DNA of 64,000 bases from an uncultured Bacillota bacterium (GCA_905212975.1 CAJMGO010000001.1:110650-174649); one strand, 5' to 3'; counted from the first letter of the stretch, positions 27,706-39,183 are shown. The notes: generated by a model from the letters alone, not told the origin. Made by a program: numbers and translations.

Positions 27706-29124
27706 ATGAAAAAAAATAATTTATTAAAGGTTATAGCTATTACATGTTTAGTATTTTTAGTTCTTACTTGGATAATTCCAACAGGATCCTATAGTGGCTC
27801 TACATATACTAAGGATTCTATAAGTGCACTTGGAGTAGGTGATTTATTTATATATTCATTTCATTCAGTGTATTTATCTATAGCTATAATTGGTATGATT
27901 GTAATTCTTTTAATAGGAGGATTATATGGTGTATTAAATAAAACTGGTGCTTATCAATCACTTGTTGAAAAGATAGTTAAAAAGTATAATGGTAAAGAAA
28001 AATATTTTATTGTTATCTCTATACTGCTATTTAGTATTTTAACTTCTTTAACTAGTTTAATATATCCATTATTTATTTTAGTTCCATTTTTTATTACAGT
28101 TATTTGTTTATTAGGATATAATAAATTTACTGCATTTTTATCTACATTTGGAGCTATTTTAGTAGGTAGAATAGGTACAACTTATGGTTATAATTTAGAG
28201 GGTTATAATTATTCTAAACAATTTTTTGGATTAGATATAAATTCAAATATTTTGTTTAAAGTTATTTTATTTGTTTTAACTGTTGGTTTACTTATTTTCT
28301 TTACTTTGAAAAATTCTAAATTAGATAAGAAAAAAACAAAATCTAAAGATGAAAAAATCATTTTATATGAAGAAAAATCATCAAATAAAAGTTCAAAAGC
28401 TTTAGTTATACTTTTAAGTATTATGATGGTATTTGTAATAGTTGCTATGTTCAACTGGGAAGGTGCTTTTGGTATTGATTTCTTCACAAATATTCATTCT
28501 AAAATAACAGGGTTTAGTATTGTTGGTAGAAATATATTTGCTGAATTACTTGGTTCTATTAATCCAATAGGATATTGGTCAAATTATGAACTTTCACTTG
28601 TTTTAATTTTAAATATTTTTATAATTGGAAAGGTATATGGATTAAAATTAAAAGAAATCTTAGATGGATTTATTGATGGTGTGAAGGCTATTGTTGGTGT
28701 TGCTATAATAGGTTTTTTAGCAACAATATTATCATCTGTGGTATTCACACAATTATATAATATTAGTTCACATACAATTTTTCCAACTATAGCTAATAAG
28801 ATCTTTACTGTATTTGGTACTAATGCATTTTCATTAAGTGTTGTATCAGGTTTTGGAACATTATTCTTTGGTGATTTACCTTATGTATTTAATGATTTAT
28901 ATACACCTGTTTCAGCAATGTATTCAAATTTAGCTGATGCAGCATATATTATTCAATCTGTATTTGGTTTCATTTCACTAATTTTACCTACAAGTATAGT
29001 CCTTTTAATGGGATTAAGATATTCTGATATATCATTTGGTGAATGGTTTAAAAAGGCTTGGAAATTACTTTTAGGATTACTTGTTTGTTTAGTAATTGCT
29101 ATATTAATTGTGGTATTAGTATAA
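27706..29124 (+). CDS. YfcC-family membrane transporter
   Basis: Polytopic membrane protein. The N-terminus LVLTWIIPTGSY resembles YfcC-family proteins. Confidence 0.6.
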   Translation: MKKNNLLKVIAITCLVFLVLTWIIPTGSYSGSTYTKDSISALGVGDLFIYSFHSVYLSIAIIGMIVILLIGGLYGVLNKTGAYQSLVEKIVKKYNGKEKYFIVISILLFSILTSLTSLIYPLFILVPFFITVICLLGYNKFTAFLSTFGAILVGRIGTTYGYNLEGYNYSKQFFGLDINSNILFKVILFVLTVGLLIFFTLKNSKLDKKKTKSKDEKIILYEEKSSNKSSKALVILLSIMMVFVIVAMFNWEGAFGIDFFTNIHSKITGFSIVGRNIFAELLGSINPIGYWSNYELSLVLILNIFIIGKVYGLKLKEILDGFIDGVKAIVGVAIIGFLATILSSVVFTQLYNISSHTIFPTIANKIFTVFGTNAFSLSVVSGFGTLFFGDLPYVFNDLYTPVSAMYSNLADAAYIIQSVFGFISLILPTSIVLLMGLRYSDISFGEWFKKAWKLLLGLLVCLVIAILIVVLV

Positions 29125-29174
29125 AGGCTTTCTTTTGAAAGCTTTTTTTTGTATAATATTTTAAGGTGGTTACT

Positions 29175-29804
29175 ATGAAGTATAGTGTTGATAATAAAGA
29201 ATATGATGTCTTAATAGAAAGAAAGAATAATAAAAATACATATATAAAAATTAAAAATAATGTAATTGTTGTTACAACTAATTATCTAGTATCTGATAGA
29301 AAGATAATTAAGTTATTAGATAGTAATATTCCTTTTTTAAGAAAAGCTTTGAGGATGGAAGAATATAAGCGTGAAAAAAATGATAATTTCTATTATTTTG
29401 GTAAAAAATATGATATTATTATTACTCCTTTATATGATGTTGAATTTATAAATGATAAGGTTTATACAAAAAGTTTAGATTCTTTAGACAAGTATTTAAG
29501 AAAAAATGTGAAAGAAATATATAAAGAAAGAGTTGACTTTTATTATAAACAATTTGTTGAAAATATTCCTTATCCTATTATTAAGTTTAGAACTATGAAA
29601 ACAAGATGGGGAGTATGTAATAGAAGTAATAATAGTATTACATTAAATAATGAGTTAATTAAATATGATATTGGTTGTTTAAATTATGTTATAGTTCATG
29701 AGTTATCTCATTTTGTTCATTTTGATCATTCTAAAGAATTTTGGACTACTGTAGAAAAATATTATCCAGAATATAAAAAATATCGGGATATGCTTAAAAA
29801 TTGA
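29175..29804 (+). CDS. YgjP-like (DUF45/M48-type) metal-dependent hydrolase
   Basis: RWGVCN ... VIVHELSHFVHFDHSKEFW (HExxH). Confidence 0.75.
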   Translation: MKYSVDNKEYDVLIERKNNKNTYIKIKNNVIVVTTNYLVSDRKIIKLLDSNIPFLRKALRMEEYKREKNDNFYYFGKKYDIIITPLYDVEFINDKVYTKSLDSLDKYLRKNVKEIYKERVDFYYKQFVENIPYPIIKFRTMKTRWGVCNRSNNSITLNNELIKYDIGCLNYVIVHELSHFVHFDHSKEFWTTVEKYYPEYKKYRDMLKN

Positions 29805-29849
29805 CATTATTCTAGTATATTATGTACTAGAATTTTTTTTGGTGATAAT

Positions 29850-30020
29850 ATGAAAGTAAAAGTATTTGATGAAAGTCATGAAAAGGATTTAGAAGAATCA
29901 ATTAATAAATTTATAGATGAAGGAAATGATATTATTGATATAAAATATCAGGTTGCTTTTGAAATAGTTGGTGAAGAACAAATATATTGTTTCTCTGCTC
30001 TTATTATGTATGAAAAATAA
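29850..30020 (+). CDS. Cse60-family small protein (below the ORF-track size cutoff)
   Basis: The 56-aa ORF MKVKVFDESHEKDLEESINKFIDEGNDIIDIKYQVA... matches my recollection of Cse60. The preceding RBS is GGTGA. Confidence 0.55.
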   Translation: MKVKVFDESHEKDLEESINKFIDEGNDIIDIKYQVAFEIVGEEQIYCFSALIMYEK

Positions 30021-30074
30021 CTTGATTTTTTTTATTCTTATGGTGTATAATATGCCTCATGAAAAGGTGATTTT

Positions 30075-30233
30075 ATGTTTAATTATGAAAAAGTAAAGAT
30101 TTTAAAGAAAAAATTTAGAAATTTAGATATTGATTCTATGATTGATACAAATAATGCTAATATAGAAGATAAAGCTCTTATGAAGATAAAAAGATCTAGT
30201 ATTGGAAAAGGATTGATAGACTATTATGAATAG
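30075..30233 (+). CDS. Possible small protein (52 aa)
   Basis: ORF MFNYEKVKILKKKFRNLDIDSM... preceded by aaaaggtga. There is no recognisable family. Confidence 0.3.
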   Translation: MFNYEKVKILKKKFRNLDIDSMIDTNNANIEDKALMKIKRSSIGKGLIDYYE

Positions 30234-30328
30234 TCTTTTTTTTTTATATTTTATCAATTTTTCTTGTTTAAAAATTATTATTTATTTTCATAATAAACAT
30301 AGAATAATAATTAGAAAGGGTGAATTTA

Positions 30329-32635
30329 ATGTTTAGTGCATTTACTGAAGAATCAAGAAAAATAATGATAAAGGCTTATGAAGAAATGAAAAAATTAAGA
30401 CATCCTTATGTTGGTAGTGAACATTTACTTTTAGCAATCTTAAAAGGTGAGAACGATGTGGCTGAAAGATTAAAAGAATGTGGTCTTACATATAAGAAAT
30501 TTTTTGATGAGATTGTAAATATTATAGGTTATGGTAAAGAGGTAAGTAAGTGGAAATTATATACTCCTCTTTTAAAGCGTATTATTGAAAATGCTATGGT
30601 AGATGCAAAAGAAAATAATAACGGTGAGGTAACAATAGAACATCTTTTTAATGCTTTACTTGAAGAAGGAGAGGGTGTTGCTGTTAGAATTATTATTGGT
30701 ATGAATATAGATATTGATGAATTATATCAAGAATTTTCATTTAGATTTACAAACAATCAGAAGAAAAATAAGAGTAAAAAATTATTATTAGATGAAATAG
30801 GAGTTGATTTAACTAAAAAGGCTTTAGATGGTAAATTAGATCCTGTTATAGGCCGTGATGAAGAAATAAAACGTGTTCTTGAAATATTATCTAGAAGAAC
30901 TAAAAATAATCCTATTTTAATAGGTGAAGCTGGTGTTGGTAAAACTGCTATAGTAGAAGAAATTGCTCGTATGATTGCAACAAATAATGTACCTCTTTTT
31001 TTAAGGGGGAAAAGAATAATTAATTTAGATATGGCATCTTGTGTATCTGGTACTAAATATAGAGGTGAATTTGAAGAGAGAATAAATAAAATATTAAAAG
31101 AAATAGAAAATGATGATAGTATAATTTTATTTATTGATGAAATTCATACTATTGTAGGGGCTGGTGGCGCTGAAGGTGCAATAGATGCATCAAATATATT
31201 AAAACCTGCTCTAGCACGTGGCAGTATAAGATGTATAGGAGCAACAACAACAGATGAATATAAAAAATTTATAGAGAAGGATGGAGCTTTAGAGCGTCGT
31301 TTTCAAAAGGTTATAATTGAAGAACCTAGTAAGGAATCTTTAAAAAATATATTAATGAAATTACGCCCTATATATGAAAAATTTCATTCAGTATCTTTAA
31401 GTGATGAGGTAATAGATAGTATTTTAGATTTATCAAGTACATATATATATGATAGAAATCAGCCTGATGCTGCTATTGATGTATTGGATGAAGTATGCGC
31501 TCGTGTAAGACTAAGAGAAAACAAGATGGTAAAAAAATATAATATTTTAAAATCTGAATATAAAGAAATTATTGATATTAAGAATAACTGTATAAAAAAT
31601 AATGATTTTCATCAGGCTTCAATATATAAAGATAGAGAAAATGAAATTGTAAATAAAATAAATGAAATAGAACTTAATTTATATAAAAATAAAAAAACAG
31701 CTGTTTTAAAAGCCGATGTGGTGCATGTAATATCATCTCGTACTAAAATACCTTTATATGAAATAACTGATGATAATAAAGGAATTCGTCTTATTGAAAA
31801 TAAATTAAAAGATAAAGTTATAGGTCAGGATAAAGCTATAAGGCAATTAGTAAATATAACAAAACGAATTAGATTAGGTTTTACAGAAAATAAGTGCTAC
31901 TCATTTATGTTTATTGGTAGTAGTGGTTGTGGTAAAACTTTACTTGCTAAAACTTTTGGTGATGCATTATTTGGAAGTGGTAAAGTTATTAAACTTGATA
32001 TGAGCGAATTTAATGATCCAAGTAGTTTAACTAAACTTATAGGTTCATCTCCAGGATATGTTGGATATGATGATAATAATATATTTGAAACTATAAGGCT
32101 AAATCCTTTTTCTATATTAATATTAGATGAAGTAGATAAAGCATCTAAAAGTGTTATGGATTTATTTTTTCAAATATTAGATGAGGGTAAAATTAAAAAT
32201 TCTAAAGGTATTGATATAAGATTTGATAATGTTATTATAATTATGACATCTAATATAGGAACTGAACAAATTAATGTTGGGTTTAATAAAGAAAAGAATA
32301 AAGTTAATAATAGTTTGATAGAATATTTTGGTACTGCATTTATGAATAGAATTGATAATGTGATTAGTTTTAATAATTTAGATGAGAATAGTATATTAAG
32401 TATAATTGATTTAAAATTGAAGTTATTAAAAGAAAAGTATAAAACGAAAGGTATAAAATTAACTTTTGATAAAAATATAAATAAAGAAGTACTTAAATTA
32501 TCTAATTATGAAAAATATGGCGCTAGAAGAATAGATAAAATTATTAAAAATAATATAGAAGAAATTATAATAGATGGTATTATTGATGGAAAAAATAATA
32601 TAAAAATAGAAAATTTAAATACAATATTGGTTTAA
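30329..32635 (+). CDS. clpC: ClpC-like Clp/Hsp100 ATPase
   Basis: Two Clp_N repeats ([11 protein letters not shown]; [10 protein letters not shown]) and two AAA modules (GEAGVGKTA...FIDEIH; GSSGCGKTL...ILDEVDKA). A VGF tripeptide lies in the ClpP-docking position. Confidence 0.8.
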   Translation: MFSAFTEESRKIMIKAYEEMKKLRHPYVGSEHLLLAILKGENDVAERLKECGLTYKKFFDEIVNIIGYGKEVSKWKLYTPLLKRIIENAMVDAKENNNGEVTIEHLFNALLEEGEGVAVRIIIGMNIDIDELYQEFSFRFTNNQKKNKSKKLLLDEIGVDLTKKALDGKLDPVIGRDEEIKRVLEILSRRTKNNPILIGEAGVGKTAIVEEIARMIATNNVPLFLRGKRIINLDMASCVSGTKYRGEFEERINKILKEIENDDSIILFIDEIHTIVGAGGAEGAIDASNILKPALARGSIRCIGATTTDEYKKFIEKDGALERRFQKVIIEEPSKESLKNILMKLRPIYEKFHSVSLSDEVIDSILDLSSTYIYDRNQPDAAIDVLDEVCARVRLRENKMVKKYNILKSEYKEIIDIKNNCIKNNDFHQASIYKDRENEIVNKINEIELNLYKNKKTAVLKADVVHVISSRTKIPLYEITDDNKGIRLIENKLKDKVIGQDKAIRQLVNITKRIRLGFTENKCYSFMFIGSSGCGKTLLAKTFGDALFGSGKVIKLDMSEFNDPSSLTKLIGSSPGYVGYDDNNIFETIRLNPFSILILDEVDKASKSVMDLFFQILDEGKIKNSKGIDIRFDNVIIIMTSNIGTEQINVGFNKEKNKVNNSLIEYFGTAFMNRIDNVISFNNLDENSILSIIDLKLKLLKEKYKTKGIKLTFDKNINKEVLKLSNYEKYGARRIDKIIKNNIEEIIIDGIIDGKNNIKIENLNTILV

Positions 32636-32637
32636 TC

Positions 32638-32666
32638 TTGACATGATAAAAAAATAATTTTATAAT
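32638..32666 (+). promoter_or_regulatory. Sigma-A-type promoter of the T-box leader
   Basis: TTGACA (32638-32643), 17-nt spacer, TATAAT (32661-32666). Confidence 0.65.
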
Positions 32667-32667
32667 C

Positions 32668-32899
32668 ATTGTAAAGCGTTGAACAAAAGGAGTAATATAA
32701 TATATATTTAAAGAGAGTAAGTGGTAGGTGTAAACTTATAATATGTATATATGAAGGTAGTTTGGGAGCTATATATTTGAACATTTAGTAGAGTATATCG
32801 TATTTCTGCGTTAAAGAATTTGAGTGTAATTTATTTTAAATTATAAATTAAGGTGGTACCACGTAAATCACGTCCTTATACTAGGATGTGATTTTTTTT
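32668..32899 (+). promoter_or_regulatory. T-box riboswitch leader, probable Val specifier GUA
   Basis: The stem I base is GCGTTGAAC..GGAGTA, and the AG bay is AGAGAGTA (32712-32719). The specifier candidate is GAAG-GTA-G (GTA at 32757-32759). The T-box sequence is AATTAAGGTGGTACCACG (32846-32863). A terminator hairpin (32866-32893) is followed by a T-run. Confidence 0.8.
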
Positions 32900-32912
32900 A
32901 GGAGGAAAAGTT

Positions 32913-33650
32913 ATGAAAGATATGAAAGAATATATGAGTATATTTAATAAATATGTTAAAGGTTTTGATTTAAAGAATAAAAATATAATGAGAAAATTTC
33001 ATCATACATATAGGGTAGTTGAGTATGCTAATGATATTGCTGTATCTTTAAAATTAAATGATGATGATATTGTTTTAGCAAAAGTATGTGCATTATTTCA
33101 TGATATTGCTCGTTTTATCCAAGCAACACAATATAATACTTTTATAGATTCAAAATCTTTTGATCATGGTGATAAGGGCTATGAAATAGTTAAAGAATTT
33201 ATAGAAGAAATATCTGATGATAAAGATATACAAAATATAGTATTATATTCTATAAAAAATCATAATAAAAAAGAAATTCAAAATGATTTAAGTGAAAGAG
33301 AAAGGTTATTTTGCAATATAACAAGAGATGCTGACAAATTAGATATAATGATGGAACAAGCTTATCAAATAAATGATGGTATATATGATTTGAAAAAAGA
33401 TATACTTGATTGTATTTATAATCATGAACTTGTTAAAAATAAGTATGTTGAAAATGATATAGATCATGTATGTAGAGTAATATCTTTTATATTTGATATA
33501 AATTATAAGTATTCATTAAATATAGTAAAAAATATAATTATAAATAAAAAATTTGAATTATTAGAAGCTAATATAGATACTTTGGAGTTAAAAAAATTAA
33601 AAGATTCTGTATATGAATATTTAGAAAAGAGGATTAAAGAATTATGCTAG
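32913..33650 (+). CDS. HD-domain phosphohydrolase
   Basis: H...FHDIARF and RDADKLD motifs. The 3' end overlaps the valS start by 7 nt. Confidence 0.7.
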   Translation: MKDMKEYMSIFNKYVKGFDLKNKNIMRKFHHTYRVVEYANDIAVSLKLNDDDIVLAKVCALFHDIARFIQATQYNTFIDSKSFDHGDKGYEIVKEFIEEISDDKDIQNIVLYSIKNHNKKEIQNDLSERERLFCNITRDADKLDIMMEQAYQINDGIYDLKKDILDCIYNHELVKNKYVENDIDHVCRVISFIFDINYKYSLNIVKNIIINKKFELLEANIDTLELKKLKDSVYEYLEKRIKELC

Positions 33651-36199
33651 AAAAAAAATATGATTTTAAAAGTGTAGAAAATGGAAGATATGATGTTTGG
33701 AAAGAGAAAGGTTATTTTGAATCAGGTGATTTATCTAAGAAACCCTATGCAATAGTTATACCTCCACCAAATGTTACTGGAAAACTTCATCTAGGTCATG
33801 CATGGGATACAACTCTTCAAGATATAATGATAAGATATAAAAGAATGGATGGATATGATTGCTTATGGGTTCCAGGTATGGATCATGCTGGTATAGCAAC
33901 ACAAGCAAAAGTAGATAAAAAATTGCGTGATATGGGAATTAATCCAAGAAGTATGAAGAGAGATGAATGGTTAAAACATGCTTGGAGTTGGAAAGACGAA
34001 TATGCTGATAATATACATAAACAATGGGCTAAATTAGGACTTTCTTTAGACTATACAAAAGAAAGATTTACTCTTGATGAAGGATTATCTAAAGCAGTAA
34101 AACATGTATTTGTAACTCTTTATAATGAAGGTTTAATATATAGAGGAGAAAGAATAATAAATTGGGATCCTGTAGCTATGACTGCTCTTTCTAATGAAGA
34201 AGTTATATATAGTGATGATGAAGGTGCATTTTATCATTTAAAATACTTTATAGAGGGTACAGATGATTATCTAGAAGTTGCTACAACACGTCCTGAAACA
34301 TTATTTGGAGATACTGCAGTTGCTGTAAATCCAGAAGATGAAAGATATAAAAATTTAATAGGTAAAAATGTTGTTTTACCAATAGTAAATAAATTAATAC
34401 CAATAGTAGGAGATGAACATGCTGATCCTGAATTTGGAACAGGTGTAGTTAAAATTACTCCAGCTCATGATCCTAATGATTTTGAGGTAGGAAATAGACA
34501 TAATCTTGAAAGAATAGTAGTAATGAATACAGATGCTACTATGAATGAAAATGCGGGTATTTATGAAGGCTTAACACGTGAAGAATGTAGAGAAAAATTA
34601 GTTCAAGATCTAAAGAAACAAAATTTATTAATTAAAATAGAACCAATGGTACACTCTGTAGGTCATTCAGAAAGAACAAATGCTGTTGTTGAACCATATT
34701 TATCAAAACAATGGTTTGTAAAAATGAGACCACTTGCAGATAAAGTTTTAGAAAATCAAAAAAATAAAGATACAAAAGTTAATTTTGTACCAGAAAGATT
34801 TGAAAAAGTAATGAATCATTGGATGAAAATTACATATGATTGGTGTATTTCACGTCAATTATGGTGGGGTCATCAAATACCAGCTTGGTATAAGGGTGAA
34901 GAAGTTTATGTTGGAGAAGAAGCTCCTAAAGAAGATGGATGGGTTCAAGATACTGATGTTCTTGATACTTGGTTTTCAAGTGCACTATGGCCTTTTTCAA
35001 CATTAGGTTGGCCAAATAATACAAAAATGCTTGAAAGATATTATCCTAATAATGTATTAGTTACTGGTTATGATATTATTCCATTTTGGGTTAATAGAAT
35101 GACTTTTCAAGGTTTGAAATTTACAGGACAAAGACCATTTAAAGATTGTTTAATACATGGTTTAATAAGAGATAAACAAGGTAGAAAAATGAGTAAATCT
35201 TTGGGTAATGGTGTAGATCCAATGGATGTAATTGAAAACTATGGATGTGATGCATTAAGATACTTTTTAGCTACTTCTATAGCTCCTGGTATGGATTTAA
35301 GATATGATGAAGAAAAAGTAACTTCAACTTGGAATTTTATAAATAAATTATGGAATGCATCAAGATTTGTATTAATGAATATAGAAACATATGAATATAA
35401 AGAATATGACTTCAATAATTTAAATATAAGTGACAAGTGGATTCTAACAAAATTAAATAATGTTATCAAAAATGTAAGAAAACATATGGAAGTATATGAA
35501 TTTAATGTAGTTGGTAGTGAATTATATAGTTTTATATGGAATGATTTCTGTGATTGGTATATAGAACTTTCTAAAATAAATATGAATGATACAACAAAAT
35601 CAGTGCTTATAAAGGTATTATCAAGTATATTAAAAATGCTTCATCCTTTTATGCCTTTTGTTACAGAAGAAATTTATTTACAACTTCCAGGACATGATGA
35701 AACAATTATGTTAAGTAAATATCCTCAATATAATGCTAATGAAATATTTGAAACAAATTTAGATGAAATTATAAACTTAATTAAAAAAATAAGAACTCTA
35801 AAACTAGAAAATAATATAGGAAACGATTATAAATTAGTATTTAATAGTTCTATTCCAAAAGAAATAAGTATAGTTTCAAAAATGTTAAAAATTGATGATG
35901 AAAATATTTTAAAAAATTTTGAAAATAAAAATTTTGAAAATATAAAAATTAATTTTAATAATGAAATAATAAATTTATATTATGATGGAAGTGCAAATAA
36001 AGAAGTAATGCTTGAAAAATTAGAAAAAGAAGAGTTAAGATTAACATCAAGTATTGAAAGAAGAAAAAAATTACTTTCAAATGAAAATTATGTTAATAAA
36101 GCTCCAGCTAATTTAGTAGAAAATGAAAAAAATACACTAGAAAAAGAAATAAAAGAATTAGAAACAATTATATTAAAAAAGAAAGAAATTAGTGAATAA
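33644..36199 (+). CDS. valS: Valine--tRNA ligase
   Basis: HIGH ([12 protein letters not shown]), KMSKS ([10 protein letters not shown]), a CP1 editing region and a C-terminal coiled coil. Confidence 0.95.
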   Translation: MLEKKYDFKSVENGRYDVWKEKGYFESGDLSKKPYAIVIPPPNVTGKLHLGHAWDTTLQDIMIRYKRMDGYDCLWVPGMDHAGIATQAKVDKKLRDMGINPRSMKRDEWLKHAWSWKDEYADNIHKQWAKLGLSLDYTKERFTLDEGLSKAVKHVFVTLYNEGLIYRGERIINWDPVAMTALSNEEVIYSDDEGAFYHLKYFIEGTDDYLEVATTRPETLFGDTAVAVNPEDERYKNLIGKNVVLPIVNKLIPIVGDEHADPEFGTGVVKITPAHDPNDFEVGNRHNLERIVVMNTDATMNENAGIYEGLTREECREKLVQDLKKQNLLIKIEPMVHSVGHSERTNAVVEPYLSKQWFVKMRPLADKVLENQKNKDTKVNFVPERFEKVMNHWMKITYDWCISRQLWWGHQIPAWYKGEEVYVGEEAPKEDGWVQDTDVLDTWFSSALWPFSTLGWPNNTKMLERYYPNNVLVTGYDIIPFWVNRMTFQGLKFTGQRPFKDCLIHGLIRDKQGRKMSKSLGNGVDPMDVIENYGCDALRYFLATSIAPGMDLRYDEEKVTSTWNFINKLWNASRFVLMNIETYEYKEYDFNNLNISDKWILTKLNNVIKNVRKHMEVYEFNVVGSELYSFIWNDFCDWYIELSKINMNDTTKSVLIKVLSSILKMLHPFMPFVTEEIYLQLPGHDETIMLSKYPQYNANEIFETNLDEIINLIKKIRTLKLENNIGNDYKLVFNSSIPKEISIVSKMLKIDDENILKNFENKNFENIKINFNNEIINLYYDGSANKEVMLEKLEKEELRLTSSIERRKKLLSNENYVNKAPANLVENEKNTLEKEIKELETIILKKKEISE

Positions 36200-36360
36200 T
36201 TTCTTTTTTTATGTACATATTAAGAATGGATTTTATATAAATTACAATTCCATTTACACACTTCGACAAATTTTTTTAAATAGTCTAAAAATATATTGAC
36301 TATATAAAATGAAGTGTGCTATATTAATAATGTAATAATAATAGAGGAGGGAAGAAAGAC

Positions 36361-36792
36361 ATGAAGAAAAATACAAAAGGTTTTACTTTAATTGAATTAT
36401 TAGCTGTTATCGTAGTATTAGCTGTTATCGCTTTAATTGCTACTCCAATAGTTTTAAATTTAGTTAAAGAAGCTAAAGAAGGAGCTGCAAGAGAATCAGT
36501 TACTTCATACATGAAAGCAGTTGAAAACACTGTATTAAAAGAAATGGTTAATGGAAAAGATGTAACTTTCTGTACATCATATACTATTGATGGTACAACT
36601 TTAAAGTGTACAGGTGACCCTGAAAAAAAATTAACAGTTGATGTATCTGGTAAAGGGCCAACTGCAGGTACTGTTACTATGAATGCTGATGGTTCTGATA
36701 TTAAGGCTACTGGTGTAAAGGTTGATACTTATGGACCATTTAAATATAGTCAATCTGATGGAACATCTGTTGAAACTAAAGTTGAATCTTAA
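36361..36792 (+). CDS. Type IV pilin / ComGC-like prepilin
   Basis: Canonical prepilin leader MKKNTKG/FTLIELLAVIVVLAVIALIA with Glu at +5. Confidence 0.8.
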   Translation: MKKNTKGFTLIELLAVIVVLAVIALIATPIVLNLVKEAKEGAARESVTSYMKAVENTVLKEMVNGKDVTFCTSYTIDGTTLKCTGDPEKKLTVDVSGKGPTAGTVTMNADGSDIKATGVKVDTYGPFKYSQSDGTSVETKVES

Positions 36793-36804
36793 TTTTGAGA
36801 TTAA

Positions 36805-36837
36805 AAAAACAGATGATAAACATCTGTTTTCTTTTTT
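36805..36837 (+). terminator. Rho-independent terminator; a second hairpin follows at about 36845-36875
   Basis: Stem AAACAGATG / CATCTGTTT with a 5-nt loop, followed by a T-run. Confidence 0.75.
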
Positions 36838-36909
36838 GTAAAGAAGTGTACAATTTTAATTTGTATACTTTTTTGTATATAAATAAATATATTTCATATG
36901 ATATACTGA

Positions 36910-37118
36910 AAATGTAATATAGAAGAGAATATTACACGAGAACAGTCCACGGAATGTGGGTTCCGCAAGAGAATAAAAAAATAGGAACTGTCCCCCTGAG
37001 AACAGTTCCACAAAAGAATAAAAAGGGGTTGGCTAGTGTGATACTAGCACCAATCCAAAATTTGAATTGGTGCTTCCTATAGTACTTTAAAAAGCTTATT
37101 TTGTCAAGCTTTTTTTTA
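36910..37118 (+). ncRNA. Candidate structured small RNA of about 200 nt, class unknown
   Basis: A weak promoter (TTGTAT..18..TATGAT, 36873-36902). Hairpins lie at 36913-36936, at 36940-36963 (loop GGAAU) and at 37027-37073. The hairpin at 36984-37009 has the apical loop CCCCCUGAGA. A strong terminator sits at 37091-37117. No ORF is present. Confidence 0.35.
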
Positions 37119-37149
37119 ATTTATTTTAAAAGTTTTATATATTATTTAA

Positions 37150-37178
37150 TTGACACGAAAATATGTATGTTATATAAT
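37150..37178 (+). promoter_or_regulatory. Sigma-A-type promoter of recG
   Basis: TTGACA (37150-37155), 17-nt spacer, TATAAT (37173-37178). Confidence 0.6.
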
Positions 37179-37206
37179 CAAGTTATGAAGAGAGGTACAT
37201 ATTATT

Positions 37207-39183
37207 ATGCTTGAAAATATTAAAGGAATAGGTAGTAAGACTATAAGTTATTTAAATAAACTTGGGATATATAATATAGATGATTTAATGAATTTTTATC
37301 CTTTTAGGTATGATGTAATTGAAAGAAGTAATTTAGATAGTTTATCTGATAATTCTCCTATTATAATAGATGGTATTATTGAAAGTATACCTAGTGTTTT
37401 TTTCTTTAATAAAAAGATGAATAAAATGACTTTTAAGATTAATTGTGGTACAAGGTTATTTAATATAACTATATTTAATAGAGCATATATGAAGAATAAT
37501 ATTAAAATAGGTGGTTATATTACTGTAATTGGTAAGTATGATTTAAAGCATAATAATATTGTAGCTAATAATATTATACTTTCATTAATTGATAAGCCAA
37601 GAATAGAACCTGTTTATCATACTACTTATGGTATTACTGAAAGTAAAATAAAGAGTATTATTCAAGAATGTCAATTTAAAGAGTTTAAATGTATAGATTA
37701 TGTGCCAGAATATTTATGTGAAAAGTATAATTTTAAAGACAAAAAGAGTTGTATTTTAGAAGTACATTTTCCAACTAATAAACTTAAATTAAAGAATGCG
37801 TTAAATAGACTTAAATATGAGGAATTACTTATTTTTATGCTTAAGATGGAATATTTAAAGAATAATTCTATGCTTAAATATGGTTTAAAAAGAAATGTAG
37901 AGTTTTCTTTGGTGGAACAATTTATGAAAGAATTACCTTTTGAATTAACTATTGATCAGATGAATAGTGTTAAGGATATTTATAGTGATTTAATAAGTGA
38001 ATATAGGATGAATAGACTTTTACAGGGTGATGTTGGAAGTGGTAAAACTATCGTTTCTTTTATAGCTATGTATATTAATTATTTAAGTGGTTATCAAAGT
38101 GCTTTAATGGCTCCAACGGAGATTCTTGCTCAACAACACTATAATAATATTTTAAGTCTATTTAAAGGTAAAGATATAAATATTAAGATGTTAAGTGGTA
38201 AGATGAAGGCTAAGGATAAAAAAGAAGTATTAGATGGTTTGAAATCTGGTAGTATAGATATTGTAATAGGAACTCATGCTTTATTTACTGATAATGTTAT
38301 ATATAAGAATTTAGGACTTGTTATTACAGATGAGCAACACAGGTTTGGTGTTAATCAAAGGGGTAATTTAAAAAATAAGGGAACCTTGTGTGATGTACTT
38401 TATATGAGTGCAACTCCTATACCTAGAACTTATGCTCTTACATTATATGGCGATATGACTGTATCTAGTATAATGGCTATGCCAAATGGTAGAAAACCTA
38501 TAAAAACTTATATTAAGTCTGAATCACAAATAAAAGAAGTATTAGAGGCGATGTATAAAGAATTAAAGAATGGTCATCAAATTTATGTTATAGCACCTTT
38601 GATAGAAGAAAGTGACAAAATAGACTTAAATGATGTTTATAAATTAGAGGAAAATATGAACAAAGCTTTTGGTAAGCTATATAAAATTGGTGTACTTCAT
38701 GGAAAAATGAAGGAAGATGAAAAGAATAATATTATGCAATCTTTTAAGAATAATGAAATACAGATACTTATTAGTACTACAGTAATAGAAGTTGGAATTG
38801 ATGTAGGAAACGCTACTATGATGGTTATTTTTGATGCTTATAGATTTGGTTTATCAGCACTTCATCAATTAAGAGGAAGAGTTGGAAGAGGTAATCTTGA
38901 ATCTAGTTGTTATTTGATAAGTAATAGCGAGGTAGAAAGATTGAAAATATTAGAATCAACATGTGATGGTTTTAAAATAAGTGCTGAGGATTTTAGGTTA
39001 AGAGGTAGCGGTGATTTATTTGGTATAAAGCAAAGTGGGGATATGTCTTTTAGACTTGCTGATATAAAAAGAGATTATAATATTCTTTTGAAGGCAAAAG
39101 AAGATGCTCAAGAATTAATTAATAATGGACTTTATAAATATGGTGATTTAGAAAATTTAATTAATAATATGAATCTTGACTAA
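37207..39183 (+). CDS. recG: ATP-dependent DNA helicase RecG
   Basis: A wedge/OB N-terminal region, helicase motif I GDVGSGKT, motif II TDEQHRFG, and QLRGRVGRG. Confidence 0.9.
   Translation: MLENIKGIGSKTISYLNKLGIYNIDDLMNFYPFRYDVIERSNLDSLSDNSPIIIDGIIESIPSVFFFNKKMNKMTFKINCGTRLFNITIFNRAYMKNNIKIGGYITVIGKYDLKHNNIVANNIILSLIDKPRIEPVYHTTYGITESKIKSIIQECQFKEFKCIDYVPEYLCEKYNFKDKKSCILEVHFPTNKLKLKNALNRLKYEELLIFMLKMEYLKNNSMLKYGLKRNVEFSLVEQFMKELPFELTIDQMNSVKDIYSDLISEYRMNRLLQGDVGSGKTIVSFIAMYINYLSGYQSALMAPTEILAQQHYNNILSLFKGKDINIKMLSGKMKAKDKKEVLDGLKSGSIDIVIGTHALFTDNVIYKNLGLVITDEQHRFGVNQRGNLKNKGTLCDVLYMSATPIPRTYALTLYGDMTVSSIMAMPNGRKPIKTYIKSESQIKEVLEAMYKELKNGHQIYVIAPLIEESDKIDLNDVYKLEENMNKAFGKLYKIGVLHGKMKEDEKNNIMQSFKNNEIQILISTTVIEVGIDVGNATMMVIFDAYRFGLSALHQLRGRVGRGNLESSCYLISNSEVERLKILESTCDGFKISAEDFRLRGSGDLFGIKQSGDMSFRLADIKRDYNILLKAKEDAQELINNGLYKYGDLENLINNMNLD

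Noticed and set aside
32756-32759. Alternative T-box specifier GGU (Gly) read from GAA-GGT-A
   Set aside because: The downstream synthetase is valS. The register GAAG-GUA-G gives a Val codon followed by a purine, which fits. This needs covariance-model confirmation.
36910-37118. Identifying the 36.9-kb RNA as SRP RNA, 6S RNA, RNase P RNA, tmRNA or a known riboswitch
   Set aside because: None of the diagnostic sequences was seen: the SRP domain IV GGAAGCAGC context, the RNase P GAGGAAAGTCC, the tmRNA ends, and the riboswitch cores. The GGAAU loop alone is insufficient. It is left as unclassified.
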